Source: the human T2T-CHM13v2.0 reference genome, Homo sapiens
Strand: one strand, 5' to 3'
DNA length: 64,000 nt
Assembly: GCF_009914755.1 (NCBI RefSeq)
Contig: NC_060938.1
Below are positions 51,769 through 64,000 of the stretch, piece after piece. Below the pieces are notes generated by a model. The model did not search any database. It was not told the DNA's origin and worked only from the letters and a program-made list of their open reading frames with translations. Position 1 is the stretch's first letter. Each line of letters opens with the position of its first letter. Both the position numbers and the translations under genes were made by a program.

Positions 51769-52754
51769 GTTTTCATTTTTAATTTTTTAAAAAATGTTTT
51801 TAATGTATCTCAAGCCCTACCTCCTTCAGCAAAGTGTTCTGAGCACCCAGGTCTGATGTAGGGCCTTGTCCATGCTTCCTGAAAATATATCTTCTGTAGC
51901 ATTCAATGCACTGGAATGCCTATGTTAGCTGAAAGTTACTGATCACAATTGCGGTGGCCTGGAGGATTGGTGAGCCCAGCTGTGAAGTTTAGAGGCTTGC
52001 TATCTTGCCCAGGCTGATCTCAACAAGTAAACATTAGTTTATTCATCTGTCTTCTCCCTGGTTTCAAGCCCCTGGAGTGTAGGGCCACATCTTACTTGGC
52101 ATTGTATCCAGCAGTCAACATAGTCCTAGAATATAGAAGGCCCTCATGTTGAATGAATAGTAAAACCCTCCTGAAATCCATTAAATTCATATGTTTATTT
52201 ACTCACTCATTCTCTTCCTTTGTTCAAAAAACATCTCTTGAGCCTCTGTGATGTAAACCAAGTGCTTTTTAACCAGCAGCTTCTCTCTGATGATCTATCT
52301 GCAATCTCTGTGTCAGTCCTCACATTTAACTAGGACAAAAAGAGAACATAGATTCTTAGTAGCTTTGCTCATGACCTGACTTTAACAAGAAAAATTTTAG
52401 AGACCAAAAGTCTGACTGATAGCTGAGTGAGTTCTTTCTTTCAAACTCAAAGCCCTGTTTGAGCCTCTAAACTTCACAGCTGGGCTTGCAAATCCTCCAG
52501 GCCACCGCATTTGTGATCAGTATCTTTCAGCTAACATAGGCATTCCAGAAGATGTTCTGCCCTAAACGTAATTGGAATCCTTTTTGAATCAGTTGCCACA
52601 GTACTTCTGAAGTTTTTTATGCTAACTTCTTGGGTATATTTCCTCAAGATGGATTCAAGATGTGGCCAGTTCTCTTGTGAGAAGAATACATTTCTGTTGT
52701 CCTAAGTGTAGAGACCCTCTAGTTCATGTAATAGCCCTGCAAAGCAATCTGCTA

Positions 52755-53725
52755 TTACCAGTCCCAGCATCCATTTCTCCTTCCTTCCTTAGTAATAAAA
52801 CCCTGCTTTGGCTGAGCACCTTGTTGCCCAGAATTAAACACTGTTTTACCAGCTTCCCTGATGGGTGTGGTCAGGTTACTAAGATCTGGCCAAAGATGTG
52901 TGTATGAGTTTTCTATGCTGCTGCAAATTACTACAAACTTAGTGGCTTAAAACAACACACATTTATCTTATAGGTCTGGAGGCCAGAAATCTGAAATGGA
53001 TCTTAGAGACTAAAATCCAGGTATTGGCAACAGAGGTGTATTCCTCCTGGAAGTTATTGCTTTTTCTAGCTTCTCGAGGTCGCCTGCATTTCTTGTCTCG
53101 TGGCCCTTTCCTCTGTCTTCAAAGCCAGCAGCTCTCTGGCATGTTTGTGCTTCTCATTCTCATTCTCTCTCTCTCTCCCACCCCGCCCCCGCCCCTGCTG
53201 TGTTATCACATCTCCTCTCTCTGATCCTTCTACCTCTCTTTCATAAGAACCCTTTTGATTAGATAGAACCCACATGGATAATCTCTCCATCTTGAGGTCC
53301 TTAATCACATCTGTAAAGTCCCTTTTGCCATGTAAGGTATCATATTCACAGTTCTGGGGATCAGGACATGGACATCGGGGGGACATTATTCTATTGTCAT
53401 GTATAAGTAGAGTAAGTAAGTAGAGTATGGCATTTTCAGAAATGTGCTCAAAGGGAGGTGTCTCAACTGGGAAGGACCCTCTTTGACCCTTCTGCCTTTC
53501 CTTTCTAAAGCTGAGATATGATGGCTGATGCTTTAGCAGCCATTGTGAACCATGAGGTGGCCTTGCGGATGGAAGTCAAGCACTAGGATGGTAGAAGAGA
53601 AACATTAAGATATAAATTCCTGATGATGCCATGGAGCCACCTTTTACCAAATACACTTCTATCTTGTTTAAGCTACTGCCATCTTATTTGTTTTTTTTTT
53701 TCTGGAACATACAGCTGGACCTAAT
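52755..53725 (+). mobile_element. LTR16-like ERVL LTR interrupted by MLT1D
   Basis: 'cccagcatccatttctccttccttcc...ctaagatctggccaaagatg' resumes as 'gcagccattgtgaaccatgagg...aggatggtagaag'. Confidence 0.5.
52900..53398 (-). mobile_element. MLT1D-like MaLR solo LTR
   Basis: 'tgtatgagttttctatgctgctgcaaattactacaaacttagtggcttaaaacaacac...catattcacagttctggggatcaggacatggacatc'. Confidence 0.85.
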
Positions 53726-54419
53726 CTCAATCCCTTAAAACTATACATGACTCTCTTCTTAATAAACTGCAAGGCTGGTTCTCTCAGCCTACTACCCTGC
53801 CTAAGGAACAGATAGGTAGTAAGCATGGATATGACCATTGCTCAGAAAATGTGTTCCAAAAACAGACAGTATGTTTATCATTTATTGATCAGTTCAGCCT
53901 CTGGCTCTGCCTATACACTGAGCCATACAACCTCAATATTAATCTGGGCTGTTAACATTCTTCCAGAGCTTTGATCATGGTCTACATCTTACTCCCCGGA
54001 GAATCAGGTGGGCAGAAATGGGCTACTGACCTATCAATTTCTAGTCCTGATTAGCTCAAAATGTGGTCATTTCCTCTTAACATAAATGTATTTAACAACC
54101 TGAAATAGCAAATAGCAAGGTAACTTTCCACTGACCTGTCTTACTATTAATATCAGAAGTCAGAGGTGGACCTAAAAAGTAACCAAACAATCAAAACCAA
54201 TGTCTGTAAGGAAAACCAGCATCGTTATTAGTGACACCAAGATTCAAATCATTGATTTAGCAACACTCCTTAGTGTATTCATCAGATGTTTATTGGAAAT
54301 CTATGGTGTGGCCTCTGCAGTGAGTCAGAGTGCAGAGTTGAAGAGATGAGGGTCCCTCACCTTAAGAACCCTCACTGCATTAATGGAGAGACAGACCAAG
54401 AAATGCCTTTGTGGTTTCA

Positions 54420-54800
<381 letters not shown>

Positions 54801-55719
54801 TCACAACCTAGATTCTGTAAGCACCTACAGCAGCTATCCTTTGCTGGGGTTTCCTCATTCAGCTCTCTCCTCATTCATTATCTGGGTCCTATTGTATTCC
54901 CTTTATTAGTTTTAGCAATGTTTAAAATTATTTGCTGCTTGAAATCTAATCCATTTTGCAAGTAACCAGCACCTGGGGGCAGGGGTAGTGATGAGAAAAC
55001 AGGGCTAAAAGGAATAAATTCACAATGAGTTTTATATTTACACCATCCTTTTCCCATTCACAGGGTTTTCCCATTTGGGAACATTCTTAGCGTGTTCTCT
55101 GAACAGAAGACCGTTTCTCTTGGTCTGAAGTTGATCAATGTGAGAGGAAGATGGCACATTAGAAAGATGCCTGGCTCTGATGACATTCCACCCCGCAGTC
55201 TTCCAGCACACTGGGATCTGGGGCTTGAAGTCACTTGTCTGGCTGTGTGACTGTATCCACTTGGAAGCAGCGTCCCCTGCTCCTAAGTTGCACAAGATAC
55301 TTCAGGGAGTCTGCTGTGATTTAGTGATAGACAAGTCAGAAAACAAGTTTAAACTTGTTATTAATCAGAAGAGAACACAGACATTTTTAGCTGTCTATCT
55401 GACTTGGTCATAGGGCAGAGCCATCAGATGCCATCAGTGGTGGTCGGTGTAGATTTTTTTGTGAATCAAGACAGGAGCAGGAAAAAGGGGGGTGGAAATA
55501 ACAGACAGGTTCCAGGAGGGCCTGGTGGAGGGTTCAGCTGTTGGAGCTCATTTTTCTTGCTTTTTCCCGAGAGAGGGGAATGGACTGCCATTGTCACAGG
55601 TTAAGTCACAGAAGAGTGAAGCTCAGGTGACAGGAGACATTCCAAATTGAGAACAGACATGCCAGGGGTCCCTGTTGCCACCTGCTCACAAGCCAAGGCC
55701 TTGGTTCCGAGCCCCTCTT

Positions 55720-56750
55720 CTCTCTCTGCATTTTCTCCTTGGGTGACCTCATCCAGCCTCGCTGCCTGAAGTGCATTCCTACACACCAGTGACTCTCAAA
55801 TACTATCTCCAGCCAGCTCTCTCCCCACAAATCCAGATTCAACAGCCACTCCATGTCCCTACTCAGATGGCTCCTACAGACCTCAGGCGAAACATGGCTA
55901 GCACGCAAGCCCAGGTGTCCTCCCCATCCTGTTTTCTCATCTCAGTTGATGTAAGCTCCACCGTGCACCCAACTAGTTAAGCTAGAAACCTGGAGTCACT
56001 CGAGACTCCTCTTTTTCTCATGGGCAAGCCCCATCCATCAGAGAGGACCAGGAGCCTTGCCTCCAAACCCATTTGCTTCTCTTGATTTCACCATATCACC
56101 TGTGCCCAACCAGCCTTCCATTTCTCTAACCCAGTGGACACAGTTCCAAACTGGTCTCCTTGCTTCTACTCCTCTCCCTTTACAATCCATTCTGCACTCA
56201 GCAGCTAACATCTTTTAAAAACATAAACTGGACCCCTTACCACTTGAAGCCTTCCAGGACTTTCTATTTCTTTTAAAACCTGACACAGCCCCTGCCTTCC
56301 TGGTCTCCTCTCCACTGTGTTCTGTGTGGCCAACCTCCAGGCGTACGAGCCTGCCTCTTGCCCTCTGGACAGATCAAGCTTGCTTCCTGCCTTGGAGATC
56401 TGGCCTTGGCTGTTCCTCTGATGGGGAGGCTCTTCCTCCAAAGAGTCACACGACCATCTCCTTCTTGTTCCTGAGTTCTTTATTCTCAATGAGTGAAGTT
56501 TATTGCACTCCCCTCCCCAATCTCAGTAGTCCCCAGTGATCCTCTCTCCCAACTCCCATTCTAGCTTCATTATTGCGCTGTTTTTCCTTGGTTTCATGCA
56601 GTTTCCTTGTTCATTGACTCCTCCATTACAGAGTAAGCTTAGAGAGGTCAGGGACCACATCTGTTTCTGTCTCATTCCCCACTTCAGCACAGAGAACGAT
56701 ATGGGGCACAGTAGGAGCTCGATAAATGCTTTAGTGAATGCATAAACAAA
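55720..56750 (+). mobile_element. L2 (L2a-like) 3' region
   Basis: 'ctccttgggtgacctcatccag...gactctcaaatactatctccagcc', 'gctagaaacctggagtcactcgagactcctct', end 'gcacagtaggagctcgataaatgctttagtgaatg'. Confidence 0.85.
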
Positions 56751-57037
56751 GTAAGAAACCATGAGGTGACCCAAACCTCGGTTTCTTCAGTTATAAAATG
56801 GGCACATGGGTGCAAAGGCTCAGGTGTATTGTAAGGGTGAAACGAGAGGTGATGCGTGTGAGGCCTTTGTGAGCTCTAGATCTCTTTGTAGATGCAAAGT
56901 ATCAGTGTAGATTGCAGTAACCAGGACATCAGAAGAAAACCCTGCTCTTTGGAAGCAAAGTGTGCCAAATAACAAAGCTTAGCTCTACAAGGCTATCGCT
57001 AAGCCTATGCAATAAATACTTTCTCTCCTCCACATCT

Positions 57038-57490
57038 GAGCTGGACATTCTCCACTTGTCCCTCCAGAGCCACTCTCCACCCTTCTTACCTGCCTCTGTG
57101 CCTCACGGGCTGTCACTACAGCTGCCTCAGTAAGCTCCCTTGCCCTCTGGGTACAAGGCTTCAACTGATGGGTGACACCAACAGGAGATCAGAGGGGAGG
57201 AGAGGGAGACCAGGTAACTTATTCCCTGGCAGACCTTCATCAGAGAGTAGCTGTGTTCTGCTGAAGGCTGTGGCTTCTGTCTGTCCACCTTCTCCTAGAA
57301 AGACCACATCCTGTGGGTTCCTGTAACTGTTCCTCCTTGCTACCCCATTCGACCTGAGGTTGGAAACTTCCTCTAGTTGTTGCTCTAGCCGCAGGCTGCT
57401 CCACAATCCCTAACCCACCCAAACCTTTGTCTAAAGCACCTTCCTTACACCCTCCCCAGCTGTGGCATTTCGGGGCCCTGTTAGCATCCA
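57038..57490 (+). mobile_element. LTR33-like ERVL LTR
   Basis: 'gctggacattctccacttgtccctccagagccactctccacccttct...gctcccttgccctctgg...caggagatcagagggg'. Confidence 0.6.
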
Positions 57491-57839
57491 CGTGATGCTG
57501 CTTTCTACAAATGTGTCTATTTGTGGTGACAGCACTTGCGCTTTGCTTTCTTCCCTTTCTTATCCTACCTGATATCCCAGCCTTCTGCCCCTCAGCTACA
57601 AGACCACTCCATAACCATAGAGGACCAAAATCACCTAGGAGCTTGAGAGAGAAAATGTATTTGACATCTTGAAAATAATGCAGTTTGCTCAGGGGATTTA
57701 TTTCTCCCTCCCCTGGGCTCTGCGCTCAGACCCTCTTTGCTTCTGTCCGACTACTGCAAGCAGGCAGTTAAGATTATTTCTAGCAAATGGACTCAGAGAA
57801 GCTGAGCATATGAGTGATGTTGAAATTTGACCTACACTT

Positions 57840-58136
57840 CTTTTTTTTTTTTTTTTTTGAGATGGAGTCTCGCTCTGTTGCCCAGGTTGGAGTGCAGTGG
57901 CATGATCTCGGCTCACTGCAGTCTGCCTCCCGGGTTCAAGCGATTCTCCTGCCTCAGCCTCCCATGTAGCTGGGATTACAGGTACATGCCACCATGCCCG
58001 GCTAATTTTTGTATTTTTAGTATAGACGGGGTTTCACCATGTTGGCCAGGCTGGTCTCAAACTCCTGACCTCAGGTGATCTGCCTGCCTCGGCCTCCCAA
58101 AGTGCTGGGATTATAAACGTGAACCACCGCGCCTGG
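57840..58136 (-). mobile_element. Alu (AluSx-like)
   Basis: Canonical dimer with poly(T). Confidence 0.97.
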
Positions 58137-58267
58137 TGAGCTATGCTTATTACTTAGATTTCTAGCAGATAACATATAGTTATTTCCTAAAACTCTGTTC
58201 TTAACCTGAGCTGTTTTTGTCATTTTTCAGGGTTTTAGGGGGTGGGAACATATTACAGGAGCTATTA

Positions 58268-58512
58268 GGTGCATGAGTGTGAGTTGCGGGCATATGTGAG
58301 GGTTGTGTGTCTTGTGTCTATGCACATGCGCAGGTGTGTAAGTGGGTGTGAATATGTGTGAGCGTTGCATGCATGCATGAGTTGTATGTGTGTTGCATCT
58401 GTGCGTGTGTGCAGGTGGGTATGAGTTAGTGTGAGTGTTGCCTGCATGCGAGTTGGGTGTCTGTTGCATCTATGCATGTGTGCAGGTATGTATGACTGTG
58501 TGAGTGTGTGCA
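58268..58512. repeat. Degenerate (TG/GT)-rich low-complexity tract
   Basis: Seen directly; explains the His/Thr-rich spurious ORFs. Confidence 0.85.
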
Positions 58513-60029
58513 GGTACAGCTTCTGTATTAATAAGAGACGGGCAATCACTGTGCACTGATATTGAGGGGTAGGGATTAGAGGGCACCTTGTCTATTTGGG
58601 AGGTGAAGGAGGGCTGGAATGAGAGGCTGAAGGGGTACAGAAGAGGAAGGCAGACCCCTGCAGGCCTCAGGGACCTAGCCTCCCTCCCTTCAGTGTCCCT
58701 TCCTCTCCCTGCAGGAACCAGAAAAAGTGTGGAGGTCTGAATTGCAGTCTCTAAAATCTCTCCTCAGTCTCACATGACTGGCTTCAGTTTTCTCACCAGT
58801 CCTGCAAAGCCAGGCCTTGACCCCTTATCTAAATATCCAAAGAAAAAAATGGAATTAGGGATCTTAGAAGGAAAGAGTGGGGCAGGAAATGCACCACCAG
58901 GGCAGTGCAGCTTGGTCACTGCCAGCTCCCCTCATGGGCAGAGGGCTGGCCTCTTGCAGCCGACCAGGCACTGAGCGCCATCCCAGGGCCCTCGCCAGCC
59001 CTCAGCAGGGCCAGGACACACAAGCCTTTGACTTCCTCCTGTCACTGCTGCTGCCATTCCTGTTTTGTGGTCATCACTCCTTCCCTGTCCTCAGACTGCC
59101 CAGCACTCAAGGATGTCCTGTGGTGGCATCAGACCAGAGGCCCCTGAAGAGGAGTGAGTTGGGTGTTTTTTGCCGCGCCCAAAGCAGCTGGCTGTCCCCT
59201 GAAAGATGGCAAGTGGGGAATGATGATGGTGCACCATCGTTCTGCACACCAAGCCCTTCTGGATAGGAGGCCCCCAGCAGTGGAGGGATGGGGGCTGCCA
59301 ACTGGCATTGCCCAGAGGCCCAGCTCCTGGTCACATAGACTGACCTAGCAGTGCACCAGCTACCCGAGGCAGCCTGCAGGAAAGGTGCACTCATAGCGAT
59401 GCTGGAATGCCATGAGGCCCAGCCATGGGGTTGAGAACTGGAATGGAGGGAAATGTTTGCATCCTGATGCTGGGAAACAGGAGATCAGTCCTCACCAACG
59501 CTGAGATGATTTCCCTCTGGTTCTTAAGCTCGGTTCTCTTTCTGCTTGATGCTTGAATCTCTGGTGTCTGGCAGAGAGTCTGGTGTCTGGCATAGTGCTT
59601 TGTATGTAGGTCATGCCAGAGCATGCTGGTGACTTTGCCCTTCTAGGACTCTTTTCCATTTCATAGGGACTTGCTGTGAAACCCCGTTTGACCTGGATAT
59701 AAATGTTAGATGTCATGGAGTCCTGTTAGCATGGTGAGCTGCAGGCTGTTCTGCATGAGTCCTCCTTGAGCCTGCATCTAATACCCACTGCTCAATCAAT
59801 CTCTTTTCACTGTTTCCCATTGATCCCAAGTGTGTCCTCTGTGAGCCTTTTCTTGACACTGGGTCACCCAGAATTACTCCCCTGTCTGTGTCCCCATAGC
59901 ACCCCACAAATAGTTCAATCATAGCCCTTGTAACATTCTGGTGCACCAGTTTAAGGACAGAGCCCTGTCTTATTCATCATTGCTGGTGGATGAATAAAAA
60001 TGTTCAAGTCGTAATAACGGCAATGACAA

Positions 60030-60215
60030 CAATGATAAACTCACCACTTACTGACCATTGGCTGTGTGCCACAGGACATAGGACTGAACATCTTACAGGT
60101 GTTATCCTCATGTCCACTCTCTCAGACTGCACTTCTATCGTATTCTACAGAAACTGAAGGATGGAAGGTCACAGAGCTGGTGGGAGGGGAGCCTGGATTC
60201 ATACCCAAGCCGTGT
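60030..60215 (-). mobile_element. MIR relic
   Basis: 'cagaaactgaagg..aaggtcacagagctggtggg..ggagcctggattcatacccaagc'. Confidence 0.6.
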
Positions 60216-60238
60216 GCCTCCTGGCCACTCCTATGGGT

Positions 60239-60492
60239 GAAGGAAAGCAAAGGGCTTAGCTGTAGCTGGGATGGAGAAAGAGGAATCTCAGGCTTCTCGT
60301 CATATTTTGCCTCAAGAACTGGAAATTGATCTGGGAGTAGATCCCACACTGAGGGAGAAGGCCCCAGACCAAGAAAGGATGGGCTCATCTATTTGATTGA
60401 AAACAGAGAAGCTTGGAAGACCCAAGGTAGGGCAATTCCTGAACCGTCCAGGGCTGGAAAACCTGTAGCAAAGGCCTGGGGAGATGGGGCAG
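60239..60492 (+). repeat. Left arm of ~254-bp inverted repeat
   Basis: Reverse complement of 61865-62117 with about 24 differences by manual alignment. Confidence 0.95.
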
Positions 60493-61864
60493 AAAGGCTA
60501 AATTATAACTTAGGAATCTCCACCAGGAGATCAGCTCCAAGACAGCTTCCAGTTTCGGCAGATGGAAGGGATACTTGATGGAAAAGGAGGGAGGGTAAGT
60601 GTCAGAGACTGCTAAATGTCTTTACCTACATTTCCTCATTTCAAACTCTCACAGAACAGAGTCTGAGGTAGACTCTAGGGCTGGCCCCATTTTGCAGATG
60701 GGTAAACTGAGGTTCAGAGCACTATACCCGTAAGATCTTTGCTCAAGAACTTGTATGTCCCAGACCATGCTTGAAACCTGGTTTACTCACACACCCTGCT
60801 GTGCAGACCTCCTCCGTTCCAAAGTGGTGGCAGACTTCAGTGTGCTTTGCAGACTTTCAATCTCAGCACATGCTGTGGAAGTGCTAGCAGTGTTGCTGTG
60901 CTAACCCTGTGGTTAGGCTGATCACAGTCCTGGTGAGTAACTATGGCCTGCAGCCCTGGCATCTGAAAGATGACCCCTTGCCTCTCCTGCTGTCCTCAAG
61001 AAAGCCTTAGCCCCCTAGATTATTTTCAATATAAAATGTTCATACACTACTTTTCAGATTCAAATTTGCACAAATGAAGTGACCGTTAGACACCACTGGA
61101 AGGTAATAAAACCCCCAAGCCTGCCAGCCATCAGGTCCCTCCCAGCCATCCCAGAAATATGCTCAGCTGCCCTCGAAACATCTGTCATGCTCTCTGGTGG
61201 GTGCTACTGGGCACCTGACATTAGATCACTTCTCTCCCAAAGCTGCAGCTCTGCTTATTCGATTCTTATTTCTGCCTTTGGATTGAGTGGAAGGCAGTCA
61301 TCAGTGACAGCCACCCTCGGGGAACAGAAACGATGTCCACAGTGGCAACGATCCTCCATCTTCCTGCACTGAGGCCTAATCAATGTAGCCCATACCCAGC
61401 CTCCATTTAATAAGCTGATTGTTGAGCTAAATCCCGCACACTCTCCCCTTGCCCTGGACGCTTTTGATTGACAAAACTAATCTCTCCTCCACCCCCACGT
61501 CTGCTGCTGCCCACATCCTCTTGCAAATCATGTACTCGGCTGCTGACAATTAGATATAAGACTTGGGATTCGGATGTGGGAGGGTTATGAGGTTATGAAT
61601 CAATTGTGGGGGCTCAGGTGAGATAACAAACCAGGGGAACCCATTTCAGACACCTCGCCACAGCCCTCAGAGCCTCCTGGTTGATTTATGAGTTGGTAAT
61701 AACCTCGCTGGGTCTCCTGGCCCCTATTATTTTTCATAATGCACAGGAAAGCTTTAAATATCAGAGAATGGGGAAGTGCACAGTCTGAGTGGGAGGGAGG
61801 TGAGGGGGGATGGGGCTTGGGGGAGAACAGTGGCCAAGGGCTTCCCCGCAGCTGATTGTCTCTC

Positions 61865-62117
61865 CTGCCCCATCTCCCCAGGCCTTCGCTGCAGGTCTTC
61901 TAGTCCTGGACGTTTCAGGAATTGCTTTATCTTGGCTTTTTCAAGCTTCTCTGTTTCATTCAAATAGATGAGCCCATCCTTTCTCGGTCTGGGGTCTTCT
62001 CCCTCAGCGTGGGATCTACTCCCAGATCAGTTTCCAGTTCTTGAGGCAAAATATCAGGAGAAACCTGAGATTCCTCCTTCTCCATCCCAGCTACAGCTAA
62101 GTCCTTCGCTTTCCTTC
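61865..62117 (-). repeat. Right arm of ~254-bp inverted repeat
   Basis: As above; the ORF track shows the same peptide (MSPSFLGLG..WDLLPDQFPVLEAKY) on opposite strands. Confidence 0.95.
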
Positions 62118-62177
62118 TGTGGGTCACCACGGGGTGCCGTTGTCATATACCCATGGAGGCCAGCAAGCTGATCTGGC

Positions 62178-62449
62178 CAACCTGGGAGAAGACCCCAGGT
62201 TGATGACCCCTGGTTTAGGAGTGCATATGGCAGGATGCTTGAGGGATCACTGGGCCCAAAATCGTATTTGCTGTGTCTGGATGTAATGCCTCCCACCTGT
62301 TCAAGACCCACCTGTTCAACCCTGGGGAGAAGACCCCAGGTTGGTGACCCCTGGTTTAGGACCACATATGGCAGGATGCTTGAGGGATCACTGGGCCCAA
62401 AATCGTATTTGCTGTGTCTGGATGTAATGCCTCCCACCTGTTCAAGACC
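62178..62449 (+). repeat. Tandem duplication, 2 copies, period 141 bp
   Basis: 62178-62308 vs 62317-62449, nearly identical. Confidence 0.95.
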
Positions 62450-62748
62450 ACGTCAGAATGACTCAGAGACCTGCCTGTTAAGAAGGGAAAATTATCCGCT
62501 GGACAAAAGCCAGTCAAAAAGCAGGCTCACCCTGCAGTCTGGAAGCCAGTTGAGCAGCGAGGACAGGCCAAAAAGGTGGGAGGGGGCCAGTGAGAGTCTC
62601 TCAGCCTGGAAGTAAAGAGCTGAAGACTTTACCTTTCCTTCTGCCTGCTGTCCTCTTCCCAGTGACAGCCAGTTTTTAATAAGGAAAAGGAGGAGGCTTT
62701 GAATTGCTACCTAATATTTGTTTAAGTAGTAATTTGTTGAGATTTCTC

Positions 62749-63036
62749 TGTTTTGTTTTGTTTTGTTTTGTTTTTTGAGACGGAGTCTCATGCTGTCGCC
62801 CAGGCTGGAGTGTAGTGGTGCAGTCGGCTTACTACAACCTCCGCCTCCCAGGTTCAAGCACTTCTCCTGCCTTAGTCATCCAAGTAGCTGGGACTACAGG
62901 CACCTGCCACCATGCCCAGCTAATTTTTGTATTTTTAGTAAAGACAGGGTTTCACCATGTTGGCCAGGCTGGTCTCGAACTCCTGACCTCAGGCAATCCA
63001 CCTGCCTTGGCCTCCCAAAGTGCTGGGATTACAGGC
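62749..63036 (-). mobile_element. Alu (AluS-like) with (GTTTT)n tail
   Basis: Dimer lacking the first ~20 nt. Confidence 0.95.
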
Positions 63037-63367
63037 AAAAAGATGTGATTTTTTTTTTTTTTTAACAGTATCAGTGGGTGAAAGACCCTGAACCTTTCCT
63101 CTAAGGCAGTGTTTGTAAACTGCCTATATGATGTCTGGTACTAGATTGTGATGATGTTTTCAAGGGCCACAAAACAATTGAGGAAAAATTTAAAACATAC
63201 TGAATATACATGTGTGGGTGTTTATGTATTATGATGTGTATTTGAATACAACTATCAACGAATAAGCATTCATTAGACCCCAACTCTGTACCAGATGTTT
63301 GTTTACTCCATGCCAGGGATAGAACTAACAGGGTCCCTGCTCTCTTGGAGCTACAGTTTAGTGGGCA

Positions 63368-63892
63368 TTATGGGTTGAATTATGTTCTCTCAAAAATTCA
63401 TATATTGAAGTTCTAAACACTAGAACTCCAAAATGTGACCTTATTTGGAAATAGAGTCATTGCAGATGTAATTAGTTAAGGTGAGATAATTAGGGTGGGC
63501 CCTAATCTGGTATGACTGGTAGTCTTATTAAAGGGAAATTTGGGCCAGTCATCGTGGTTCACACCTGTAATCCCAGCACTTTGGGAGGCCAAGGCAGGAG
63601 GATCACTTCAGCCCAGAAGTTAGAGACCAGCCTGAGTAACATAAGGAGACCCTGTCTCTACAAAAAATTTAAAAATTAGCCAGCATGGTGGTACATGCCT
63701 GTGGTCCCAGCCACTTGGGAAGATCGGGAGAGGCCTGGGACAGATTCTCCCTCACAGCCCTCAGGAAGAACCAACCCGTTCGACACCTGGATCTTAGCTG
63801 TCTGGCCTCCAGAACCATGGACAATAAATTGCTGTTGTCTAAGCCACCCAGTTTGTGATACCTTGTCATGGAAGTCATAGCAAACTAATATA
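63368..63892 (+). mobile_element. MLT1B/C LTR with an inserted partial Alu
   Basis: 'ttatgggttgaattatgttctctcaaaaattcatatattgaag...accttatttggaaatag' and 'cagattctccctcacagccctcagg...gcaaactaata'. Confidence 0.85.
63543..63720 (+). mobile_element. 3'-truncated AluJ-like (left arm, linker, start of right arm)
   Basis: Stops at 'cccagccacttggga' with no tail and no TSD. Confidence 0.88.
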
Positions 63893-64000
63893 GAAGAGGA
63901 AACAGACATCGATCAAATAATTACATTGTGGCTAATTCCAAACTGAGATAAATGCTTCAAGGAGAAAGAACCTTGTTCTCTTGACGTTGAAAGCCAAAGG

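Noticed and set aside
58227-58549. His/Thr-rich ORFs
   Set aside because: Translation of a TG-rich low-complexity tract
61968-62171. Paired similar ORFs (60122-60388 minus and 61968-62171 plus) as a small duplicated gene
   Set aside because: The similarity is simply the DNA inverted repeat; differences are not biased to synonymous sites and the peptides diverge outside the arm
62178-62449. CRISPR-like or protein-repeat interpretation of the repeated unit
   Set aside because: Only two contiguous long copies, no unique spacers, eukaryotic context

Overview
This is primate (very likely human) non-coding genomic DNA, either intergenic or deep intronic. I found no credible host protein-coding exon, RNA gene, CpG island or CRISPR array. 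The long ORFs in the track are LINE-1 remnants, Alu-derived frames or chance frames. The window is dominated by transposable elements: about 17 Alus (many with visible target-site duplications, TSDs), a full-length L1PA4-like LINE-1 (26995-33126, minus), a 5'-inverted (twin-primed) L1PA4-like LINE-1 (12971-17698), solo LTRs (MER11, two THE1, MLT1, MLT2, LTR33-like, MER57/93-like), DNA transposon relics (MER44-, MER97-, MER5-like), and MIR, L2 and L3/CR1 relics. Two observations stand out. (1) The two large L1s are 14 kb apart and have different TSDs, yet they share three identical ORF2-inactivating lesions. This implies gene conversion between neighbours or local copying of an already dead element. 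(2) A ~254-bp, ~90%-identical inverted repeat that I do not recognise as a transposon (60239-60492 / 61865-62117) brackets a 1.37-kb segment rich in PBX/HOX/MEIS-type motifs. It is followed immediately by a young 141-bp-period tandem duplication, so it may be an invertible enhancer cassette or a template-switch scar. All subfamily names come from recalled consensus sequences, not from a database search. Boundaries of old elements are approximate.
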